Source of the DNA: an uncultured delta proteobacterium
Lineage (GTDB): Bacteria > Myxococcota_A > UBA9160 > SMWR01
Assembly: GCA_963832165.1 (NCBI GenBank)
Contig: CAWHTE010000001.1
Span: 608,001-672,000, forward strand
DNA: 64,000 nt
Reading direction: 5' to 3'
Part shown: positions 1 to 9,682 of the stretch, piece after piece
Numbering within the stretch: position 1 is the first letter of the stretch
Layout of the letters: each line of letters starts with the position of its first letter
Notes under the pieces: model-generated
What the model saw: only the letters and a program-made list of their open reading frames with translations
Database searches by the model: none
Told to the model about the DNA's origin: nothing
Position numbers and translations under genes: made by a program

Positions 1-396
1 ATTCGGCGCTGGGCGATCGCCACGTTCTATCCAGAAGATCCGCCCGTCGAGTTCCTCGACGACGCCGCGGCGCGGCGCGGTCCGTGGGGCGGCATGGTGG
101 CGCCGCGCGACTTCAATCCGTTCGCGTGGACGCGCTGCACGCCGCCCGACACCTATCCATGGATGCGCGGAATGGGCAGCGAGCCCGGGCGTCGCGGGCT
201 CAACGGCGGCCAGCGCAACCGCTACTTCGCACCGATTCGAACCGGAGATGTGATCACCTCCGTGGTCGCGCTCGTCGACGCGTACGAGAAGCAGGGTCGG
301 CTCGGACCGATGCTGTTCCTGATCGACGAGTCGCGCTGGACCAATCAGCGCGGCGAGCTCGTGCGAATCGGCCAGCGCACCACGATCTATCACTAG
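1..396 (+). CDS. MaoC-like (FAS1-type) dehydratase domain protein, 5'-truncated by window edge
   Basis: Frame open from base 1: IRRWAIATFYPEDPP...GPWGGMVAP...LNGGQRNRYFAPIRTGDVIT, a hot-dog dehydratase pattern. Confidence 0.75.
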   Translation: MRRWAIATFYPEDPPVEFLDDAAARRGPWGGMVAPRDFNPFAWTRCTPPDTYPWMRGMGSEPGRRGLNGGQRNRYFAPIRTGDVITSVVALVDAYEKQGRLGPMLFLIDESRWTNQRGELVRIGQRTTIYH

Positions 397-404
397 GTGG
401 TCGC

Positions 405-1681
405 GTGAGCTCTGCTTCGGCGCTCTTCACTCCGCTGCGCCTCGGCCCGATCGAGGTGGCCGGGCGCGTATTCAAGACCGCGACTGCGGAGACGCGCGCG
501 AGCGAGGACGGGTTCGTCACCGACGAGCTCGTCGACGTGTACGAGGAGTGGGCGAGCGGCGGAACGCCGCTGATCATCACGGGCAATCTCTACGTCTCGT
601 CGCAGGGCAAATCGACCTATCGCATGTGCGGCGTCGATGCCGATGACAAGGTCCCGGGTCTCGCGCGGCTTGCCGACGCGGTTCACCGGCACGGCGGGAA
701 GCTCGTCGGGCAGCTCAACCACTGCGGGCGCCAGGTGATCCAGGGGCACACGGGCGTCGAAGATCCGGTCTCGGCCTCGGCGGTATCCGAGCCGACGATG
801 GGTACGCGCCCGCGCGCGCTGCGCGGCGACGAGATTCCGGGAGTGATCGAGGCGTTTGCCTCGGCCGCGGTGCGCTGCCGCGACGCGGGCTTCGACGGCG
901 TGCAGGTGCACCTGGCGCACGGCTACCTCTTGTCCCAGTTCCTCACCGCGCACACCAACCGGCGCACGGACGAGTGGGGGGGCCGCTCGAGAACCGCGCG
1001 CGGCTCGCGCGCGAAGTGGTGCGCGAGGTGCGCCGCCGCGTGGGGCCGGACTGCGCGGTGCTGCTCAAGCTCAACGGCCACGACCGCCTGCCGGGCCGAC
1101 GCGGGCTCGACACCGAGGAGCTCGTAGAGATCGCGCGCTGGCTCGAGACCGATGGCGCGGATGCCGTGGAGGTGAGCAACGGCCACTACGAGTCGGGCTT
1201 CCCGATGATGGCCGGCAGCTTCGACGGCTTCTACCGCGCGCTTGCGGTATACGGCATCGGGCAGTACATGAACGCGCTGCGCCGCACCTCGATGCGCTAT
1301 GCGGGTGGCCTGTTCGACGCGATGTCGCGCCGCCTCTGGCCGGCGCGGGAGGGGTTCAACCTCGACTACGCGCGCCGCTTCAAGCAGGCGCTGCGCATCC
1401 CCGTGATCTGCGTCGGAGGCTTCCACACGCGCACCGCGATCGAGACCGCGCTCGCGTCGGGCGCCGCGGACGCGGTTTCGTGCGCGCGCGCGTTCATCGC
1501 CGACCCGTGGCTGGTCGAGCACCTGCGCACCGGAGTCGCCGGGCCGCGCTGCGACTACTGCAACCTCTGCCTCGCGCACGCGGGAACCGGGCCCGTCGAC
1601 TGCTTCAACCCGGTGGTGCGCGCGCAGAAGGAGAAGCTCCGGGCCGAGAAGCGCGCCGAGCGCGCGGGAGGAATGCGATGA
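405..1681 (+). CDS. NADH:flavin oxidoreductase (Old Yellow Enzyme family), frameshifted at the G-run 976-982
   Basis: LFTPLRLG, QLNHCGRQ, GFDGVQVHLAHGYLLSQFL, NRRTDEWGG, then continuing in another frame as PLENRAR...IPVICVGG...C-terminal CDYCNLC. Confidence 0.85.
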
Positions 1682-2241
1682 GCAGCGAATTGTCGCCGGC
1701 GCAGCAGAAGATGCTGGCGGCCTACGAGTTCCACACGGGCGCCGAGTTCGTCACGCACCGGACCGAGGACGCGATCGCGTCGATGGTCCCGGACCCGTAC
1801 GTCGCGCTGCTGCCCGCGCTGACGGGCGGCAACGGTGTCGTAGAAGTCGAGGACTTCTACGAGCACCACTTCATCTTCAACATGCCGCCCGACATGGAGC
1901 TCGTGCCCGTGAACCGGATCATCGGCGGCGACTACATCGTCGAGGAGAGCGTGTTCCGCTTCACGCACACGGTCGAGCTCGACTGGATGTTGCCCGGCCT
2001 CGCGCCCACGGGGCGTCGCGTCGAGATCGCCGTGGTGTCGATCGTGAGGATGGAGGGCGAGAAGCTCGCCCACGAGCACATCTACTGGGACCAGGGCTCC
2101 GTGCTCGCGCAGCTGGGCCTGCTCGACAGCGATGCACTGCCGGTCGTGGGGGCAGACGGCGCGCGAAAGATCCTCGACCGCAACGTACCGGTGAACGGGC
2201 TCATGAAGCGCCTGCGCGCCGCGAAAGGAGCGAAGCGATGA
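1678..2241 (+). CDS. SnoaL-like / ester cyclase family protein
   Basis: LDWMLPGLAPTGRRVEIAVVSIV...HEHIYWDQGSVLAQLGLLD; ATGA overlap with upstream gene. Confidence 0.8.
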   Translation: MSSELSPAQQKMLAAYEFHTGAEFVTHRTEDAIASMVPDPYVALLPALTGGNGVVEVEDFYEHHFIFNMPPDMELVPVNRIIGGDYIVEESVFRFTHTVELDWMLPGLAPTGRRVEIAVVSIVRMEGEKLAHEHIYWDQGSVLAQLGLLDSDALPVVGADGARKILDRNVPVNGLMKRLRAAKGAKR

Positions 2242-3686
2242 AGGCGAAACCCGATCCGAAGGTGGCGGAGATCCGCCGGCGCCTCGACCACCCGATCGTC
2301 GATGCCGACGCCCACCAGCTCGAGACGGTGCCGGTGCTGCTCGACTACATCCGCGAGGTCGGCGGCAGTGCGATGCCCGAGCGCTTCCTCGCGTTCCTGC
2401 GCCACCAGCGCCGCACGTTCGAGATGAGCTGGGAAGAGCGATACGACACGCGTACCTCGATGCCGGTGTGGTGGCCGATTCCCACCGAGAACACGCTCGA
2501 CCGCGCTACCACGCAGCTGCCCGGCCTGATGTACGACCGGATGGACGAGCTCGGACTCGACTTCAGCATCGTCTACCCGGGGATCGGACTGCAGATCGTG
2601 ACGCTGCCCGGGCTCGCCGACGACGAGCTGCGCCAGGTATGCACGCGCGCGTTCAACCGCTACTACGCCGAAATGTTTCGCGGCTACGCCGACCGGCTCA
2701 CGCCGGTCGGCCTCGTGACGATGAACACGCCGCAGGAGGCCTGCGACACGCTCGAAGACGCCGTGCGCTGCGGGCTGCGAGCCGTGGTGATCGCGGGCGA
2801 CGTGCTGCGGCCGGTGCCGAAGGTGGCGCGCGAGCACCCCGAGCTCGCGAGCCATGTCTGGTACCAGGACTGCTTCGGCATCGACTCGCCCTACGACTAC
2901 GATCCGTTCTGGGCGAAATGCGTCGAGCTCGGCGTGGCGCCGACGTCGCACTCGGGTCCGATCGGCTGGGGCACGCGCCGCTCCGTGTCGCGCCACCAGT
3001 ACAACCAGCTCGGCGGCTTCGCCGAGGGCGGCGAGGCGCTGCTCAAGGCGCTCTGGTTCGGCGGCGTCACGCGCCGCTTCCCGACGCTGAACTTCGGCTT
3101 CCTCGAGGGCGGCGTCGCGTGGGCGGCCAGCACCTACACGCGCATGATCGACCACTGGAGCAAGCGCAACGCCGAGGCGATCCGGAGCCTCGACCCGGCG
3201 CGCCTCGACCAGGCGCTGTTCGCGAAGCTGATCGACGAGTACGGGCACGAGAAGATCCGCGCCTACCGCGATCCGCTGGTCGAGAACTCGCTCTGGGCGC
3301 CGAGCCCGGACGAGCTCGACGACTGGCGCGCGTGCGAGGTGTCGAGCGCGGAAGAGCTCGCCGCGCAGTTCGTGCCGCGCTTCTACTTCGGCTGCGAGGG
3401 CGACGACCGCATGAACGCGCTCGCATTCGACACGGAGCTGAACCCGTTCGGCGCGCGGCTGCGCGCGATGATCGGCTCCGACATCGGCCACTTCGACGTG
3501 GTCGACATGCGCGAGGTGGTCGAGGAGTCGTGGGAGCTCGTCGAGGACGGGCTGATCGACGAGGCCGACTTCAAAGACATCGCATTCGCGAACGCGGTGC
3601 GCCTGCACGGCGGCATGAACCCCGACTTCTTCAAGGGGACGGTCGTCGAGGACGCCGCGGCGCGCGTGCTGCGGGAATCGGCGTAG
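2238..3686 (+). CDS. Amidohydrolase family protein
   Basis: IVDADAH metal motif, FGFLEGG, GSDIGHFD. Confidence 0.85.
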   Translation: MKAKPDPKVAEIRRRLDHPIVDADAHQLETVPVLLDYIREVGGSAMPERFLAFLRHQRRTFEMSWEERYDTRTSMPVWWPIPTENTLDRATTQLPGLMYDRMDELGLDFSIVYPGIGLQIVTLPGLADDELRQVCTRAFNRYYAEMFRGYADRLTPVGLVTMNTPQEACDTLEDAVRCGLRAVVIAGDVLRPVPKVAREHPELASHVWYQDCFGIDSPYDYDPFWAKCVELGVAPTSHSGPIGWGTRRSVSRHQYNQLGGFAEGGEALLKALWFGGVTRRFPTLNFGFLEGGVAWAASTYTRMIDHWSKRNAEAIRSLDPARLDQALFAKLIDEYGHEKIRAYRDPLVENSLWAPSPDELDDWRACEVSSAEELAAQFVPRFYFGCEGDDRMNALAFDTELNPFGARLRAMIGSDIGHFDVVDMREVVEESWELVEDGLIDEADFKDIAFANAVRLHGGMNPDFFKGTVVEDAAARVLRESA

Positions 3687-3729
3687 CGCCCGTTCGAGGG
3701 TTTTCATTCGAGACCCTGATGATTTCGTG

Positions 3730-3759
3730 TTGACATGAGCTGCTGCCCGGGCCTAGGGT
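3730..3759 (+). promoter_or_regulatory. Putative sigma70 promoter (TTGACA-N18-TAGGGT)
   Basis: Consensus -35 at 3730-3735 and TANNNT at 3754-3759 upstream of the 3821 gene. Confidence 0.5.
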
Positions 3760-3820
3760 CGGCCAACGCCCCAAACCCCAGGCTGGCGTGGCGTGCGGAC
3801 GCGCTAGCGCAGGAGATGTC

Positions 3821-6262
3821 ATGCCGGCTCGTCGCCGAAGCTCGTCTTGTTCCACGCTCGCTCTCTCTGCCGCTCTCTGCTCGCTCTTCCTGGGCCTCGC
3901 GCTCGTCGCTGCCGGTCCGGCCAAGGCGGCACCGCCCTTCAAGATCGAGATCCTGTCGAGCGCTCCCCACCGGGTGAGCGGGGGCGATGCGCTCGTGCGC
4001 GTGAGCTTCCCCGATGTCGACGTGCCGGCCGGGATGAGGCTGCTTCGGAACGGCGTCGACGTGACGAGCTCGCTCGAGGTCGTTCCGGGCGCGCTCGTCG
4101 GCGTGGTGAGCGGATTCGTCGTGGGCAACAACCTCCTGCGACTGATGCCCTCGCCGAATGCGAAAAAGCCGGTCGCGACTCTCGCCGTGCGCAACTTCCC
4201 GCAGAGCGGGCCGATCTTCTCGGGTCCGCAGCAGCAGCCGTTCGTCTGCACGACGGCGCGCAGCGGCCTCGGACAGCCGATCATCGACAACCAGGACTCG
4301 TTCGGGATCCGGGTCGCGCAAGAGAACCCGCCCGGTGTCTATCCGAGCGACTCCCGCGGTTATCCGACCGCGGCCGCAACGATCATCGGCTACAGCAAGA
4401 ACTGCGCGGGCAACCGGCGCGTCGAGTATCAGTACCGGACCACGTCGGGCGCGTTCGCGTCGCTTCCGGGCGGTCCGACCGGCCCGCTGCCCGCCAACAT
4501 CGCGATGACCACGACGCTCGACGGCGACACGGTGCCGTACATCGTGCGCTGGGAGCGCGGGACGATCAATCGGTTCATCTACAGCGTGGCGATGCTCGCG
4601 CCCACGACGGAGACGAACCCGAACCAGCCCGACGATTCGCTCTGGAACGGGCGCCTCGTGTTCAGTCTCGAGGGCGGCGTCGCGATCGGGCGCACGCAGG
4701 GCACGATCGGCGGCGGCGCGGCGCTGAATGACATCGTGCTCCGGCTCGGCTACGCGGTGGTGAGCTCGAGCGGTCTGCGCATGAACACCCACTACAACCT
4801 CCAGCTCGGCGGCGAGACGGCGCTGATGCTCAAGGAGCACTTCGTCGAGGACCACGGCGTCCCGCTCTATACCGTCAGCGTCGGCGGCTCGGGCGGCGCG
4901 ATCCAGCAGTACGTGTACGCGCAGAACCATCCGGGTCTGTTCGACGCGGCGATCCCGCAGTACTCCTACTCCGACATGGTCACCCAGACGATCCACGTCG
5001 GGGACTGCGAGCTGCTCGAGCACTACTTCGACGTCACCGATAAAGCCAACACGAAGTGGAAGAACCCCGAGAACCGTCAGGCGATCATGGGGCTCAACGC
5101 GTCGAACTTCCCGAAGAACCTGTCGAGCAGCGAGATCGCGAACTGGAATGGGATCTACGGGCTCTACGCGCTGTTCGGATTCCAGGTGCAGGACAAGGAT
5201 CCGGCATCGCCTGTTCCCGGGCTCACCGAGTGCCGTCAGGGTTGGTTCGGGCTCACGCCGCTCGCGCTGAACCCGACCTTCACGAACGTCCAGGACATCG
5301 ACAAGCTCGCGCAGGGCGTGGCCGGCGTGGAGTGGACCCACTGGGGCGACCTCGTGAACATCTACGGAACCGACGAGACCGGCTTTGCGCGCTCGCCCGC
5401 GGACAACGTCGGCGTGCAGTACGGGCTCACCGCGCTGCGCGACGGCGTGATCACTCCTGCGGAGTTCCTCGATCTGAACGCGAAGGTGGGGAGCTGGAAG
5501 GAGGCCTCGCAGATGGTCGTGGAGGGCTTCCCGTTCGTCGGCGCACCGAGCGCGGCGACCTTCGATCCCTGGAGCCGGCGCAACATGAACCTCTCTCCCG
5601 ACGGCGGGGTGACGCCCGCACCGCGGCGGACCGCAAACCTCGCGGCGATCGCGGCGGCGTACAACTCCGGCATGCGCTTCGACGGCGACCTCGACATCCC
5701 GGTGATCGACTGGCGCCACTATCTCGAAGACGAGCTCGACATGCACCACAGCCACCAGTCGTTCGCCACGCGGCGCCGCCTGGAGCTAGCGGGGAACGCC
5801 GACAACCAGGTGATCTGGTTCACCGATGCGCGACCCGCGGTCGGCTTCGACCAGACGCCCGAGGCGTTCGAAGTGATCGACGAGTGGATGGAGAACCTGC
5901 GCGCGAATCCCGAGCTCGGCGTGGCGGGCAACAAGCCGCCGCGCGCGGTCGACCGCTGCTTCGCCACGAATGGCACCGAGATCGCGGCCGGCGACGACGT
6001 CTGGAGCGGCATCCTCGACGAGGGTCCGCCCGGTGCGTGCACCTCGGTCTTCCCGCTGTACCGCACCACGCGCAGGGTCGCGGGCGGCCCGATCGAGGGC
6101 GGCATCTTCAAATGCGGGCTCCAGCCGGTCGACGCTGCCATCTCTGCGGGCGAGTACGGATCGTGGGAGCCGAGCCCTGCCGAGCAGGCCCGGCTGGAAG
6201 CGATCTTCCCCGAAGGAGTCTGCGACTGGAGCCTGCCGGACGAGGGGCGTCCGGGCGCTTGA
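3821..6262 (+). CDS. Secreted DUF6351-like (tannase-like alpha/beta hydrolase) protein
   Basis: AGGAG RBS, signal peptide ending AKA, LSSAPHRVSGGDALV, VRWERGTINRFIY, GGSGG nucleophile-elbow-like motif, FPEGVCDW. Confidence 0.75.
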   Translation: MPARRRSSSCSTLALSAALCSLFLGLALVAAGPAKAAPPFKIEILSSAPHRVSGGDALVRVSFPDVDVPAGMRLLRNGVDVTSSLEVVPGALVGVVSGFVVGNNLLRLMPSPNAKKPVATLAVRNFPQSGPIFSGPQQQPFVCTTARSGLGQPIIDNQDSFGIRVAQENPPGVYPSDSRGYPTAAATIIGYSKNCAGNRRVEYQYRTTSGAFASLPGGPTGPLPANIAMTTTLDGDTVPYIVRWERGTINRFIYSVAMLAPTTETNPNQPDDSLWNGRLVFSLEGGVAIGRTQGTIGGGAALNDIVLRLGYAVVSSSGLRMNTHYNLQLGGETALMLKEHFVEDHGVPLYTVSVGGSGGAIQQYVYAQNHPGLFDAAIPQYSYSDMVTQTIHVGDCELLEHYFDVTDKANTKWKNPENRQAIMGLNASNFPKNLSSSEIANWNGIYGLYALFGFQVQDKDPASPVPGLTECRQGWFGLTPLALNPTFTNVQDIDKLAQGVAGVEWTHWGDLVNIYGTDETGFARSPADNVGVQYGLTALRDGVITPAEFLDLNAKVGSWKEASQMVVEGFPFVGAPSAATFDPWSRRNMNLSPDGGVTPAPRRTANLAAIAAAYNSGMRFDGDLDIPVIDWRHYLEDELDMHHSHQSFATRRRLELAGNADNQVIWFTDARPAVGFDQTPEAFEVIDEWMENLRANPELGVAGNKPPRAVDRCFATNGTEIAAGDDVWSGILDEGPPGACTSVFPLYRTTRRVAGGPIEGGIFKCGLQPVDAAISAGEYGSWEPSPAEQARLEAIFPEGVCDWSLPDEGRPGA

Positions 6263-6336
6263 GGCGCTGACCGGGACGGTTGCGGCCCGCGCGCGTGTGC
6301 GTGCTCGTGGGGCATGGCGTCGATTAGAATCCGGCC

Positions 6337-7512
6337 ATGCCCTACGCGCACCGCCCCATGCACGACGCCGACGCCCACGTGATGGAGACGGCGGCGATGC
6401 TCCACGAATGCGCGGAGCCCGCCGTGCGTTCCAAGCTGCCGCCGAGCTTCGTCGCGGCGCTCTCGCCGGGCGAAGACGAGCGCCTCGTGTCGCACTTCCG
6501 GGGCAAGCACGCCGATCCGGCCTATCGCAGCGACGACGCCGATCAGATCCTTCTGCGCAAGAACTGGGCTGCGACGGGCTCGTTCCTGAAGGAAGACCGC
6601 CCCCGAGCCCTCGACCTGCTCGGATTCCAGAGCCAGCTCGTCTTCAACACGTTCGTGAACCAGGCGTTGCTCAAGGCCGAACGTGGTGATGATGTGGACT
6701 TCGCGTACGGCTTCGCGCGCGCCCACAACCGCGCGATGCTCGACTTCTGCGCCGTCGACCGCCGCCTGCTCGCGACCTGTTATGTGCCGCTGCGCGACTT
6801 CGCGCGCAGCCGCGCGATCGCGCGCGAGGTGATCGACGCGGGTGCTTCGGCCCTGCTCGTGCCGTCGGGCTGCCCGCGCGGCCACGCCCCGAGCCATCCC
6901 GGATTGTTCCCGGTCTGGGAGCAGGCCGTGGAAGCCGGCCTCCCGATCGTCTTCCACGTCGGCGGCGGGCTGCGCGCGGCCGACGACCGGCTGATCGACC
7001 GCGACTACTTCGAGAACGGCGGACCGCCGATTCCCGACTTCCACGGCGGCGACGAGAACTTCCGCTCCGTCGACTACATGGCGATCCCGACCGCGCCGAT
7101 GCAGACGATCGCCACGCTGATCTTCGACGGCGTGCTCGACCGGTTCCCGACGCTCCGGCTCGGCGTGATCGAGCAGGGCGCGTCGTGGATCCCGAGCTGG
7201 ATGCGCTTCATGGATTCCGCGTTCGAGGCGTTCCGCAAGAACGAGGAGCGCCTCCAGAAGCTCGCGCTGCGCCCGAGCGACTACGTGCGGCGACAGGTGC
7301 GCGCCACTCCGTATCCGGCCGAGGATGTGGGCTGGACCGTCGCCAACGCGGGCGACGAGGTGTGCCTGTTCTCGTCCGACTACCCGCACGTCGAGGGCGG
7401 CCGCAATCCGATCAAGCGCTTCGAAGAGAGCATGACCACGCTCTCCGAGCCGCAGAAGCAGCGCTTCTACGTCGAGAACTTCGCGGACCTGATGGGGAGC
7501 GGCCTGTCCTAG
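6337..7512 (+). CDS. Amidohydrolase family protein
   Basis: HDADAHVME, IVFHVG, IEQGASW, FSSDYPHVEG. Confidence 0.85.
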   Translation: MPYAHRPMHDADAHVMETAAMLHECAEPAVRSKLPPSFVAALSPGEDERLVSHFRGKHADPAYRSDDADQILLRKNWAATGSFLKEDRPRALDLLGFQSQLVFNTFVNQALLKAERGDDVDFAYGFARAHNRAMLDFCAVDRRLLATCYVPLRDFARSRAIAREVIDAGASALLVPSGCPRGHAPSHPGLFPVWEQAVEAGLPIVFHVGGGLRAADDRLIDRDYFENGGPPIPDFHGGDENFRSVDYMAIPTAPMQTIATLIFDGVLDRFPTLRLGVIEQGASWIPSWMRFMDSAFEAFRKNEERLQKLALRPSDYVRRQVRATPYPAEDVGWTVANAGDEVCLFSSDYPHVEGGRNPIKRFEESMTTLSEPQKQRFYVENFADLMGSGLS

Positions 7513-8447
7513 TCGGGCTCTGCTCGCGATCGGGGCGTGAGGCCGTAGACGAGCTCACCGCGCTCGTCGACGTCGTAGTAGCCGAGGCCGTCGCCGACGC
7601 CGATGCCGTCGACGCCCATCGCGACGGCGAACTTGTTCAGGGCGTTGCGCGCGACGTCGAGCACGATCTCGACCACCTGCTCGGCGCTGAAGTGCGCGTG
7701 CGCCGCCGCGACGAGACCGTCCGGGAACGCATCGGGCCGCCACAAGAGCGCGTCGACGAGTCGAAGCGCGACCTTGTGGCGGTCGGCGAGGTCGCTGTCC
7801 TCGTACACGTCGAGCTTGTCGAACAGGGTCTCGTCGCCGCCGGACTCGACCGCGCGCACGTTGCGCAGCGAATTGCAGAACCGACACTGGTGTGCGCGCG
7901 CGCCGCGCAGCCGGATCAGCTCGGTCGTCATCGGATCGAGGGTGGCCAGGCGCGCGATCAGCGGCATCATCGCCTCGAGCGCGGGCCACAGCTTCTCGGG
8001 CGCGGCCGTGGGCTCGGACGGCAATGGGTCGGCGCCGAAGAGCTGAACGAACGCCGCACGCACGCGCAGCTCGAAGTCGATCGCATACAGCGCCTGCGCG
8101 AACGCGGCAGCATCGGCGCCGAGCGCGGCGCGCAGCTCGGCGCGCTGCTCCTCGGAGACCAGAGAGACATCGAGCACGAACTGCTCGGCGAACGCGAGGC
8201 ACGCGCGATCGCGGTCGGAGAAGAGCGGCGAGGAGGGCCACGACGGCAGCGCGTCGAGCTTCTCCGCGTCCGGAGAGATCGAATTCCGAGGCGGCAGATC
8301 GAGGCCAAGCAGCGTGGCGACGCGCGCGCGGGTCAATTCGTAGAGGGCCGGATCGACCGCGGCCTTCGCGCTCGACAGGACGACCTCGAACGCCGCGAAT
8401 GCGTCGGGTGCGATCCCGCGCACGTCGACGGTCGGGGCGGAACTCAT
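7509..8447 (-). CDS. Tandem-domain carboxymuconolactone decarboxylase / AhpD-like protein
   Basis: Two CMD-like repeats (ELTRARVA...FSDRDRACLAFAEQF; ELIRLRGARAHQCRFC); CxxC only in second repeat. Confidence 0.75.
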   Translation of the reverse strand: MSSAPTVDVRGIAPDAFAAFEVVLSSAKAAVDPALYELTRARVATLLGLDLPPRNSISPDAEKLDALPSWPSSPLFSDRDRACLAFAEQFVLDVSLVSEEQRAELRAALGADAAAFAQALYAIDFELRVRAAFVQLFGADPLPSEPTAAPEKLWPALEAMMPLIARLATLDPMTTELIRLRGARAHQCRFCNSLRNVRAVESGGDETLFDKLDVYEDSDLADRHKVALRLVDALLWRPDAFPDGLVAAAHAHFSAEQVVEIVLDVARNALNKFAVAMGVDGIGVGDGLGYYDVDERGELVYGLTPRSRAEPD

Positions 8448-8461
8448 CGCAGCAGTATTGC

Positions 8462-9613
8462 TCAGTCCGTCGCCGACACCACGCAGTCGAGGATGCGCTC
8501 GGCCTCGGCGCGTTGCTGCTCGGCGGCGATCGACTCGCCGGCCTCGAGCCGGGCCGCAAATCGGAAGAATGGCACGAACCCGTCCTCGTCCTGGCAACGC
8601 GCGCGGACCGCGAAGCGCGGGCTGCGCGCGGCTCGCTGCGCCCACCCGTGGCGCACCGCGGCCCAGAACGGCGACGTCGCCTCCCAGTAGGCGTCCGCGG
8701 CCGCGAAGTCGAAGCTCTCGAGCCGCTCGTAGCGATCGACGCCGATCTCGCGTGCGAGGCGCCGCGTCTCGCCCGCCTGATGGCCTTCGCTCGCCTTCGG
8801 CTCGCTGCCCGAAGCTTGCGCGAGCACGAGCTTCTGGTTGTCCTGCTCGTGGACCCAGCCCGTCGGCAGAATCGTGTGCCGGTTGCGTCCCGCGAGCACC
8901 TGATAGTCGCTGCGCACGGTGTGCTCGCGGCGGGGCAGCGGGCGCCAGGCCTCACCGCCCTCCCAGATCGATGCCTCGGCGCTGTGAGTCCAACGACCGA
9001 GCGATCCGTAGCGCGGCGCGTCGTCGACCTGGTACACGGTCTGCGACCAGGCGCCGCGGCGCGCGTCGCGCGGAACGGATCGGGTCTCGAAGCGCTCGTT
9101 CCCCGCGAACACGAGCACGTTGCTGGGCTCGTAGCGCCAGTCCTGACGCCAGTGCTTCTGTACCAGCGGACCGTGCGTTTGCCCGGACTCGTCGATCACG
9201 AACATCACGAGGATGTGCTGAAGGCTCACGAAGTCGGCGCGGTCCTCGATCACGTAGATGCGCTCGGTTCCCCACGATCGGTACGGGCGCGCCGGCGTCG
9301 CGCCGGACGTGAACAGGATCGTCTCCAGGAAGTCGAAGGACGCGCGGTAGTCGCCGGCCATGGCAAGGATCGCCGCGCGGTCGCGCTCGCGCGCGGAGAG
9401 CCCCGGCGCATGGAGCCGCTGCCACGCTTCGGACGGGACGCTCGCGAGCGTCACCTCCGCGCCGTGCGTCGTTCCGCCGCGCGGCTCCATCGGAACTCCG
9501 ACGAACGGCCACGCGAACACATAGGGCCGCCGCTCCGGAGCGGCGGTCGCACAGCCGACTCCGATCGCGACGACCGCGGCGAGCAAGAGCGTCGCGTACC
9601 TGCGCCAGGTCAT
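8462..9613 (-). CDS. DUF6607-like exported protein (probable lipoprotein)
   Basis: Lipobox-like IGVGC; DRAAILAMAGDYRASFDFLET, KHWRQDWRYE, WRPLPRRE, GWVHEQDN. Confidence 0.7.
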   Translation of the reverse strand: MTWRRYATLLLAAVVAIGVGCATAAPERRPYVFAWPFVGVPMEPRGGTTHGAEVTLASVPSEAWQRLHAPGLSARERDRAAILAMAGDYRASFDFLETILFTSGATPARPYRSWGTERIYVIEDRADFVSLQHILVMFVIDESGQTHGPLVQKHWRQDWRYEPSNVLVFAGNERFETRSVPRDARRGAWSQTVYQVDDAPRYGSLGRWTHSAEASIWEGGEAWRPLPRREHTVRSDYQVLAGRNRHTILPTGWVHEQDNQKLVLAQASGSEPKASEGHQAGETRRLAREIGVDRYERLESFDFAAADAYWEATSPFWAAVRHGWAQRAARSPRFAVRARCQDEDGFVPFFRFAARLEAGESIAAEQQRAEAERILDCVVSATD

Positions 9614-9682
9614 GCCCCAACCTTGCGGCGGGAGCGCGATGTCGGCAAGCCATCGAGTCACGGCGCGCCCTACTCTCGTGTC